Virus record (IMG/VR): IMGVR_UViG_3300035698_020096
Coordinates: 1 to 64,000 of that record
DNA: 64,000 bases
Direction: 5' to 3' (one strand)
Source: a virus
The notes under the pieces were generated by a model. It was not told where the DNA came from. It was given only the letters and a program-made list of their open reading frames with translations, and ran no database searches. Below, one piece after another: positions 7,939-19,900 of this stretch (its first letter is position 1; each line of letters begins with the position of its first letter). The translations under genes and the position numbers were made by a program.

Positions 7939-10900
7939 TTAAGTAATCATCAATTCATAATTACCTTCAGATGTAACCTGTAGGTCGAGTTGGTCAATAG
8001 CCATCCACTCAGTATCTACAGCTAAGTGAAATAACTCTGCATCTAAAGGAGATATATCCTCTGCATATACAGCTTCTCCTTGTTCATTAAATACATCTGG
8101 AGATGACTCTCTTTCAGCACTTATAGATTGGTCTCTAGCCCTACTATTATTGAGTGCATCTAGAGCTTGGTCGATAACGGCAAAGTCATTTACTCTACCT
8201 GTATCATGCATCCCGGCTACTAAATGGCCAGTAAGACCTTCCATCATCATACCTAGAACCCCGGATAAGATAGCTCCTGATACAGTAAGAGCAGTACCTT
8301 TAGTGCCTACATAGCTATCACTATCAATAGCTCCTTTAGTACTACCAAGCATATACATTAGTTTATCTTCTTTAGATAGTTTACCTATCTTAGTCTTTTC
8401 AAATAGTTCTCTTTGTCCTTTCATCATATGACTCATATAGAAGAAGGAGTTAGTTACCCCTTTTTCAATAGCTGGAGCGAGAACCATTGCCCCCAAGGCA
8501 AACCCTAACTCACGACCCGCAGATATAGCCATTGCCTTACTAAGGTCTCCTTCTGATTCTTGTAAAGCTAAGTTTAACTTAAAGCTACTACCTATACCTT
8601 TAATACCTGCTGATATTGCACCTTTAGCTATCCCCCCTTTCTTAGTACCTTCCAGATTAGAAGGGAGACCAATTCTCTGAGACAGCATAGAGGAAAGAAT
8701 GCTTCCCTTAGACATAGAAGCTGCTATTAAGCTACTACCTACTACATCTCCTAATGCTTCTCTATCTAGTCTTCCACCTAAAACAGCACTACCTATTAGA
8801 GTAAGTGCAGCAGGTATAATAAAGTCCTGAATACCACTTAGTTTATTTGCATTAGATTCAGCTTTTAAGACATTCATATAATCAAAGCCAGGATTAGCAT
8901 TTATCTCTTGAGGCATTCGATTATTATTTACCTTTCTCCTTTCCTTCTGAGACATAAACATGAACTCATCCATAGCTGATTCATACTTACCCTGAAGCTG
9001 ACTAGTATAGGAGTTTACTCTTTCATTAGCTACTCTATTTATCTGTTCCTTATTAGCTTTATTATTTATATCAAGTCCTTGTAAAGCTAACTCATCCCTA
9101 GCTTTAACTCTTTCTTGTTCTATTAAAGTCTTTCTATTAACTATACCTTCAACAAATATAGAACCATTAAGATAAGACTCTACATCAGCTTGAGGGCCGT
9201 ATAGTTTATTCATCATTTCAACAAGAGCCTTACCTTTAGCCACAGTAGCTGTAGTTTCTAACTTATCAGTGATATATTTAGTTAGATTCTTCTTAACTCT
9301 ATCTGAACCTTCGCCTACCTCTACTTCTATATCTTTACCCTCAGATATGATTCTATGAATCATAAGTCTCATATTCTCTTCTTCTTTCTGGTCTACATTT
9401 CTACCTCCTTTAGTAGCAAAGGACATCTGTCTGTTATCTCCTTCCCCTGTAACTATTACTCCACTAAGTAAGGAAGGAAGAAGACCTTCTATATGGTCAG
9501 CACCACTTTGATACATACTGGATAGAACTTCACTGCTACCAAAGGCTTCCCATATAACAGGAATAGCATGAGAACTTAGTTTATTACTACCAGCTAAATT
9601 CATTAGACTAGTCCATATATCAGCTCCCATACCAGGATTAATCTCTCTTTCAGACCTTCCTCCTATTACCGATACAGCTTCTTGCCTAGCTCCTTCTAAA
9701 CTAGTAAAGCGTTGGAATCCTTCACCAGCTAATCCCATCATGCCTCTAGTAGCTTGAGTAGTATTCTCTATAATCTCTACCATAGATAGAGCCTCCATAG
9801 TCATGTCAGGTCTTCTTCCATCTCTTATATCTTTACTAGATATATCCAGATAGTTTCGTTTAATATCTTCTCTATCCTTACCAAACATCTGTTCCAATAT
9901 ATATAAATTCCTACTACCCTCAGCAGTTCTCTCGCTGAACTTACTATCTATATAGGTTTGTAGATTAGCTTTTTCATCTAGAGCTGGATTATATATACCT
10001 TGTTGCTCCATTAATCCAAGGGTTCCCTTCTTAACATTAGTCATGAAACCTAATTGAGAGCCTTTCTCATACTCCTCAGCCCCAGTATCAGTATTATATC
10101 TATAAGCAATAATGAGAGTTTCTAAACTCCTTTGAGTTTTAAGTGCAGCTACATCAAAGGCTGAAACTCTATCCTTACTATAGTTTTTTAATAGTTCTGT
10201 ACTTAATCTATCAAACTCATCTCCACCCATTCCAAATTTAGTTCTGAGGATAGATTCAGTATCACCGAATTGATCATTACCCCAAGGAGATATTAATTCT
10301 CCACTATTATCCATTCGTACTTCGTTATTAAGTCCGGGTTTTCTAAGACTTTCTCTTTGACCTATTAAGTCAGATAGTTCCATAAAGGCTGACATACCTA
10401 CATTAGAACCAGAAGGACCGAACATAGAAGCCTTTTCTCTAACTAATGCTTGTTGAGCTAATGGGTCACTACTGAGACTTTCATATTCGACAGCAAAGTT
10501 CTTCATATCATCCAACATACCGGAACCACCTTTAGGTTTAATGCCATCCCGTAGTAGCTGATTAACGCTCTTAATAAAGGATAGGATACCCTCACTTTGT
10601 TGACTAGATTTATCTAATTCAGAATAGAAAGTATCTTCAGTCATATGTACATCCACACCTCCTTTAATAACCCCTTCTTTAGGTTTATCAAAGAAGCCCC
10701 CTTGTCTAAGAACTTCTCTAGTTCCGTCATCCTTTAATACATGATTAAGAGCCAGTAAGGGACTATCGGAATAAAGGGTTCCAATGAAAGTATTATAAGT
10801 TTTACCTAGGACTATACCTCCTGCTTCTCCCATTACCTTAACCATAGAGTCATAAGCATTAAGGGTCATATTAGCCCCTGCACCTTGAGCTAGTACTCCT

Positions 10901-13900
10901 TGGAGTCCAGGTAATCCTCTATATCTAGCGTAGAAGGACGAACTAGCATGAGCCATTACTACTTCTCTATCCAGTTCTTCTTGACCCTTACCTTGCTCAT
11001 TCAAAGGTATTAAGTAACTATTAAGACTCTCCTTAACTGTATCTAGAACAGTTCGTCTAGCTTCCTGGTCTACCATTAGTAAGCTCATATAAGTAGACTC
11101 ATTCTTTCTATCCCTATCATTTCTAACAATAGATTCAAGACTAGCTACGAGGGTTTGGTCTAGTTTATTAACATTACTTTGATTACTAAGAAGTTCAAAT
11201 AGAGAAGTATTATGTCCAGCTATATCTAAGTTCTCATTAAATATATTATTGAGTACAGACTTAATACTATTAGTGCCATCTATAACCCCTTCCATGCCAC
11301 CGAATAAATCTCTACCGAAATATATCTCGGTGAATATAAGGTCTAAGCTAGGACTAGTCTTTTGAAAGCCTCCTTCTTCTTTACTCATTAAGAACTCTTT
11401 ACGAATCCCTAAGAAGTTAGCTACTTCTTTCTTAGTAGCACGAGTAAAGTCACTACTATTAAGATTCTCTTTCCATATATCTAATCTAGAATTATTATCT
11501 ACTATCTTACTTCTTTCTTGTTCTATATCAGACCTTAACTTAATTATCTTATCTGTAGCTTTAGCTACTAAATCAGGCTCAGAAGTATTACCAATAGTTT
11601 TCTCTAATCTATCTAAATCTCTTTCCTTTTTACGGATTAAGATATTAGACTTTTCTATATCTCTTTGAGCTGACATGAACTGACTAAATATAGTAGTATA
11701 TTGGTCACCATCAAAGTCACCTAAGTTCATAGTTAAGAAACTAATAGGCGCTACTAAAGATAACCCTTTATTCCTTACAGAGTTCTCAAATGAAGCTTTA
11801 TTACCTTGAAGGTTTTGAGAGTATTGATTGAGCAATCCTATATCTTGAATTAACCCTACAGTCATCCTTTGTTGTTCGGTACCACCTACGGGAGGAGACC
11901 TAAAACTTAATGCTTCTAAACTATCTGTTATATCTAAAGTATTCATTGATACTTCAAGAAGACTAATAGCTCTATTAAATCCCTTTTTACCCTCAAGACT
12001 AAATGCTCCAGCTTTCTCCACTTCTTCCTTACTAGTACCTAATAAAGAATAAGCATTAGCTGAAGTCTTCTTACCTATTAATTTATCAATAGCCTCTACA
12101 TCTGAACTACTTATAGATTTAGATGTAACTCCCGATTGAAGAGTATCTATAACTTTTATTAAACTCTTTATATCTTGTCTATTAGAATCTGTTATACCTT
12201 TATGTTCTTCAGATATTTTAAAGGTATTAGTATCTCTGCTTTCTAGTTCGGTTACTACCTTAGTAAACCCCCCACTCATTTCTCCTAGAACAAAAGAGAA
12301 CATATCTCTTCTATCTCCATCAGAAGATAAGCCCTTTAAATAATCATTATCAAAACTAAAGGCTTTTACTCTACCTTTGTAGGACCCTTCCATTAAACCT
12401 TTATTAGCTATGGTCTTATCTAAGGTTTTATCTAAGGTTTCATTAATAGTAGAAGTTTGATAAGCTTTTATAGCTTGGTTAGCCTCTTCTTCTGTAGCAT
12501 AAGTAAATGAGCTGAATTTAGATTTATATTTAATTTCACTTGAAGGGCCCTCTAGTTTCAAATCGTATTCTTTAATACTATTTTTAAGAACTCCTACTCG
12601 TTGATTTAATAATTTCTTATATTCAAGTAAATCTTTCCCTTCTATATTTTTACTAATAGCTTCTTTAACAAATGAATCAAGATTAGCATCACTAATCACA
12701 CCTTTAAATTCTTGTCTTAATATCTCATAATTAGCTTCTTCAGCTTTATTAAAATCAGATAAAAGAATGGTTCCTACTTTACTAGGTATTAGTTCTTGCT
12801 TAGTTATTTCTTTAATATAAGCTAGTAACTTATCATCACTGACCACACCCCTGAAGTAATTCTTTAGTTTATTAAGATTGTATTCATTCAGGTCCGTATA
12901 TTCTTTAAGGAGAAGAGTTGCTATATCTGTTGGTAATTTATCTACCGAACCCAATTTCTTCTGTTTATCAGCTAACTCTTTAATGTTATCCGTAATAATT
13001 CTTAAGCTTTCCACATACCCTTGCCTTTCCTCCTGATTCAGGCCTACCCCACCCTTAGAGGATTTAAGTCTAGTAGCAATATCCTTCCTTTCATTTTGAC
13101 GAATATCCATCTGTTCTCTAAAAGTTAACCGTTGATTAAAAGCAGTAAACCTTTCTTCTATAGCAGTAACAGTAGTCCCTGATAAACTAGGTAATTCTCC
13201 TCTAACAATTCTGGAGAACTCTTCGATATCAATAGGACCCCTTGTAACCATATAGTCTTCGGTAATAGATAAAAGACTTCTTATATTCTCTCTTTCCTTA
13301 GATAAGCTAGAGAAGCCATCTTTTATCTTACTAAAAGCACCTGTACCTAATGCTGTATCTATAGCCCTTCTTTCTTCAGGGGTTAATGAGACCTTACTGC
13401 CACTAAGAAATAATCTCCCCTCTAAACCTTTCCTTTGCTGCTGAAGAAAGTTTAGTTCATTATTTAAATTCAGTCTACTATACACCTCCTCATTTAATCT
13501 AGCTTTAGCTTTAGGGCTTAAACTAGGTAATTCCTCATCAATAATAGTTGCTAGGACAGAAGCTCCCTTTCCATCTTCTATAGCTATTTTTACTAGTTCA
13601 GTAATATCATTTATCTTACTTTTTTCTAAAGATAAACTATTTACACGAGCTAGAATATCTTCATATAAACCGCTTTTAATTATGGATGTAACTGCTTTTC
13701 TAGTGTTAGATATAGCCTCTATACTTTCAAAGGCTGTAGTTCTTGTCTTATTTAAATAATCTATATAACCTTTTGAAAGAAGTATAATTTCTTTAGCTTC
13801 TACATTTTTAGCAATATCGCCTAAAGCTATATCAATCTTTACTATTTCTAATAAAGCTAATTGTTTACCAAAGTTATCCCCCGAGGTATCAGCTACACCA

Positions 13901-16900
13901 ATATTATCAATAGCACTTTGTAATCTATTACTTATATCCTTAGCTTTATCTTTATCCCCTTGTATATTTAAGTCAAGAGATTGAAACTCTCGTTTATATT
14001 TACCAACTAGGTTTAGTAAGTCCCCTCCTACTTGAGATAAGCCTGACTCGGTGGCTCTAATGGCTGATTGATATACCGCCTTTTCTTTGTTATATAAAGG
14101 AGAACTCTCATCTAGATTAGTCATTCCCACTCTTAGCTCAGAACTAATCTCTTCTCTTATAGGAGATATGCCGGTGTACCGTCTAATAGCTTCTTGAGCT
14201 AATACCATGTGCCCCGCAGGTACCATCCAACTAGCAGCAGGACTAGATACAGCCCCAGGGTATTTAGTTTTATGAGCCATCATTCCCTGTATTCTAGTAC
14301 CAGTAGAAGCTTCAGCCATAGTCCTAATGACCCCTGTTTCCCCAATAGCTACTCCATAGAATTGTCTAAGGGCTAGGACTTCTTCTTTATTCAAATCTAT
14401 ATCACTATCTCCACTAAGTTGAGCTCTAGTCATCTTCTCTCTTACTTGACTCATTAGAGTACCTGGAGTAAAAGCAGAAGCTAGAGCTAAGTTCTTAGCT
14501 ACTAATTCATCAACAAAGGAACCATAGGAATCCCCAATAGCTTTAAGTTCTTCTCCACCCATTAAGTAGCTATATCTTCTATCGTTAAAATCTAATTGAA
14601 TTTTCATACTCCCTTCAGCACTTTCATTAGATAACTGGTAAATCATAGGGAGAGAGAAGCTGAATCCTTTATATTTCAAGTTATCTAATACTGGAGCTAC
14701 TGAACCCATACCAAAAGGTTTATTAGGATCCATTTGATATTCTCTACCTATAGCCATCAATCTTTCATCTGATACCTTATCTATAAGTCCAGGTATATCT
14801 TGTATCTCAGTAGATAAACCCAACCCCCCTTCGGCTTGAGGCTTATAAGCTATCCCAAATATCTTTCTAATCCTATCTCCTTTAGAATCGGTAACACTCA
14901 CTTCCCCAGTAAAGGGGTCCCTATACAATTCTCCATAATTAGGACTAGCTATTAATAAATCATGAACAGTTCTTAGACTATCCATTCGTTGGTCTTTGTC
15001 AACGGCTACAGCTAATACATTTAAATGGGCTTCTATTACTTGCCTAGATAGTTCTCCATAGATACTATAGTCCTTCTCTATTTGAGTAAGCTGTTCCTTA
15101 TTAATAGCGGAATAGCCTGCATATAACCCTACAAACTTACTCTTATCTAATTGAGAGGCTAGACGTATATCGGTAAAATCATATATCTTTCTATCAGTAA
15201 ACCCTCGCTTAGCTAAGTCCATCTCTAAGCCCGTCATAGTACTACCTTCGGATACTACTGACATCATATTAGCTACTACCTTTCTAAGAGAAGCAATAGA
15301 GCCTGTTTCTTCAAAGCTAGTGACAATAGTAGCCATTGGTTTCATTAGGTGTTGAAACTCAAGAGAACCTGAATGTTTACTACCGAGGGATTCTTTAGAT
15401 TGAGAAGCCATTGGACCTATAAACATTCGGAGTACTGTTGACTTATGAGTATAACCTCTAACAATAGCTCTAGTTATTTCGAGATAATCAAGAGCTTCTT
15501 GCTCTTCTTGATTAAGATTATCCAAGGCTAACTTCTTCTCTCTTAAATCTCTAGCCATTTGAATCTTATCTAAATCAGCATCTCCCATAATAAAAGCTAG
15601 TTGCTGAATGATACGGTCGTTACTATAATCAATCTCAGTGGGTACTTCTATTCCTGCTGTTTGTGCTTTCAATTGTTCAACTAAATCAATAGATGCAGCT
15701 ATTAAAGTAGCCTCTCTTTCCCTTGAATCATCTATTCTAATAAAGTCTCTCTTAGTAACTCCTACTGAACCTTTATCTCCAATAGACTCTAGCAATCTAG
15801 TTCTAATAAATCCCTTCATATAATCCATATCTTCTTGATAACCTTTAAGAGCCCCAAGAACTTTAGTATCATCCAGTAGTTGAAGACTAGGGGTTTGTTG
15901 AGCATTAAATAAATCAGTAGACTCCTTAAAGACTGCTTCTCCAAATACTCTACCCAATTCAGTTCTTAACTCAAGAGTATCTATATATATATCAGAAGTA
16001 CTATCTAGTATTTGACTTAACTTACTTAAGTCTTGCTTAACTCCCAATCGTTCTAAATGTCCCCTTATCTCTTCATTCTTAGATACACCTGTAAGTACTG
16101 CACCTAACGCTTGATTCCTAAACCATTCTCCTAACTCTCCTTTCATTGCTGATTCAAATAGCTGAGTCTTTATCTGACTCCCTATTCCTTTATCACTAAT
16201 CCATGAATCTTCAAATCCCATCATTAGAGAAGCTATTAGTCCCTTACCTGTAATACCTCCCTGTTGCGTTTCTAAACTACCTATAAGGGGTTCAAGGTAC
16301 TTCTTATTACGAATAATAGTAGAACCATGAGAATAGAAATAGCTCTTGAGGTTAGAAGGACTGAATAAACCAAAGACTTGACCTACATCTATATCCCCAG
16401 TAGCCCCTGCTTTATTCCTATTTAATTGTTCAGTTACATAAGAGAAGAAGTCTGTCTTACTTCCTGGTACTTGATATAGCTCCTCTAGACCAGTAAATTT
16501 AAGTACAGCTTTAGGTAGTCCTCCAGTACCTTCAACTCTCTTACCTCCACCTACCATAATGGAACGTAAATATACCATTTCCCATAACAACTGGTTATTA
16601 TCAGCATTACCCATCAGTTGTTTAGAATCAAGTACATACTCGACACTATTCTCTGAGGCTCTATACCAGGCCTGTCTATCTAGTTTAGATACGTTAGGTA
16701 AATCATTAATAGTTCTAAAGTTATCGATAACTTCTGTGAGTGCCCCTACTTGGTCTCTAGAGTCAACTACTGATTTAGTAACATAATTACCTTCAGTATC
16801 TGAATAGGTATAGTATCTATCAAAACTATCTCCAAGAGTAGCCCTTACTAGCTCTAACTTAGCTTCTCCTGTAAGCTTATCCATACTTACTATTTCTTTA

Positions 16901-19900
16901 GGAATACCTCCCCCTTGCTTCATCATTTCCTCAGCAGAACCCCAAACTAATACTCTATTAGTATCAGAGTCAAAGGTAACTATATCTCCTCTATTTGCTA
17001 ACATTACCCCTTTATGGCTCCATTCCTCTGATAGTTTAGAAGACTTCTGTCTCTTCTCACTCTTATCTATAAAGCCACTCATAGTACCCATACGTCCTAT
17101 TACCTCAGCTTGAGACACCTTATCTAATCTCTTCCAGTCATAGCCTACAGACCTTAATTTAGATTTAACGAATTCTCTATCATCTGTACTAGAACCATAT
17201 AAAGGATTAGCCCAAGCGTAGTCACTATAGTCCCCAGTGAGTTGAACTAAAACTATAGGGTCAAATCCTTCCTTATTACCAGTAAAACCTTTAATACCCC
17301 CAGCCATAGAGTCAGCTAATTTAGCTCTAGTTAAAAGTAGCTTTCTAGCTATAGAAGTAGACCCTGGTAGAAACTCATTATCTAAGAATCCAAATTCATC
17401 CTTAAGTTCTTTCTTAGCTTCCTCAATTAGATTAGCTATTTCGCTATTAACAACTGTTCTAAAGCCTGCATCACTAACTACCGCTGTATTTAAATCAGTA
17501 CCTACAGTCGTCTCCACCCTACTCCACATAGTTCTAAGACTACCCATTAATTCTTCACTGTTTACAGATAGTCTTTCTAAGGAAGCCCTTTCAACTACTT
17601 TCTCAATAACTCTAGAAGGATTGTACATCCCTAGATTACTAGTACCCACTACATCCCTAAGTATTTCTACAGCTCGTTTAATTCCCCATGATTCCTTCTT
17701 AGCTAATTGAGACATTAGGTCTACTTTAATACCTGTAACTCTTTCATTAATTAGACCTGATACATCTCCTTTAGTAGTAAGACGATAAGATAGTTCTCTA
17801 TCTAACTCAAACATAGGTCTACCTCCCAGAACATTCTTTAAACGTTGAGGTATCTGTGAAGCTTTCTTTGCTACATTAAACGTATAGTTTATTGACTCAT
17901 TTACAGTCTCATCTTTAAATGGAGTAGCATCTATTAAATCTTTAAAGTCTTTATTTAATCCATTAGGTAAAGCTTCCCCAGATTGGATTCTATCTACTAG
18001 TTCATCCGTATTAGCTATACCCAACGTTCTTAAAGATGACGAATATTTATCATACAGCAGTTCACTTATATAAGTAACATATTGGTCTCTAGTGTTTATA
18101 TAACCCACCCCTGCAAATGAGGCCAGTTGCACTGAGCTTACATCTCCAGTAGGAGTTTTATTAATACCATACACACTAAGTCCAGTAGTTTCTTGACTAG
18201 CTGATATACCACTACCGTCTGCTACTCCTCTAATAGCCCCTTCAGTTCCCTTACCTGTAGTATTAGCAGGACCAAAGATATAAGATTGAGCTAGAGCATA
18301 TCTATAAAAAGCTTCACCTTTATTCAATTTATCTATAAATATTTGTTGATTATTATTAATACCGTATAAGGGATTTTTAAACCATGCTTGAGATGTTCCA
18401 TAGGTAGAAGCTCCAGATTGAGTAATAAAGGGTTCTAACATCCCGGCCTTTACTTCTTTAATATCTGACTTTAATTTAGTGGCATATAGAAAGTCTTTTC
18501 TACTCTCTAATATCCCTAATGCAATATCGGATTGGAAGGTACTTACACTTTCCAATCCCATGTATCTATCGAAGGTTTCTCTAATAGCGCCTACAGCATC
18601 TTTCTTAAGTGACTCAAGAGCCGATCTTCTTTCGCGACTAACTTTAGGGTCAGTTATCTCTCTATTAACATCTCTAATTAACTCAAGATGACTTAGTACT
18701 GAACGTCTAAGAGCTAAGTCAGTATCTCCATATATTTGCTCCTTAGTAAGCCCTCTATTAGCTAATCCTTCCCCTTTAGCTAACTTATCATATATACCCC
18801 CTCCAGTAAGTTCAAGAGCTCTTTTAGAAGTACCACTTACCCTCTCTCCTAAATGTTTAGTAGTAAAAGTGGATATAAGTTTAGATATTTCATAATCACT
18901 TAATGAATTATCTAATAGGAAAGTACCAGCACTTGAATCAGTACCTCCTGAAGCTATATGACCTCTAGATAGATATTCTAGGTAGCCTAATCCAGCAGTA
19001 GCTAATCTAGTAGTTTGAGCATCGTACTGGCTTTCCTTTAGAGCTTTCATATAAGCCATCGGCTCAGCTACTAAAGTTCTATAAGTAGTCTCTGCTGCTA
19101 ATGTACTAACTACATTTATTAACGAATCTACTGGACTTAATCTCAAAGCTTCTTTAGATTTAACTACTCGGGGGTTTAATTCATACTCCCCAGTTTCATC
19201 ATTACGAACAAAGGAACCTTCTCCATAAGGTATTCCCCCTATATCTGTGTCAGTATTATTAACAAAGAGAGAGTTACCTATTACTTTATTCTGGTCAATC
19301 AAATATACAAAGCCCTGATTAGTTCCCATCCCTCCTTTTAAACTAGTTAGTCTAAACTTAATAGGATTAAATCCAACATTAGTATCTTGGAATCCTCTAT
19401 ATCCAACCATATCCGCTGGATTAATAGTGAGTTCCAACGCTAGTAAACTTCCTCCTTGTCCATATATATTCTTAACTCCCAGTCCCCCTGTATCTAAACC
19501 CATATCCTTATTTAATTGTTTAACTCTAGCTGTTATTTCAGCTATACCCAGAGCATTAACTTTATTCTCCCAACTAGCTCTAGTTCCTTCAAGAGAAGTG
19601 TCAACATTACCTACAGTAGTTTGAGTCAATCTTCTCCATTCTCTTTCTCTATCCGTACCTTGCTGAGCATAGAAGTTCTCCAAATCTGCACCTAAATTCT
19701 CCTCTTCATTTCTATATAAGATTCCTTTAGATTTAGCATGCTCTCTCATCTCTCTAGCTAAGGCAATAACTCCTACTTCAGAACTAACAGCTTCCTTATC
19801 ATCTCGACTAAATGCCATTGATTCAGAACCAAAGTTAGAGCTTCCAGTAATACTAGCTATATGTCTATATGTATCTTCTCCAAGACCCATACCAGTTCTT

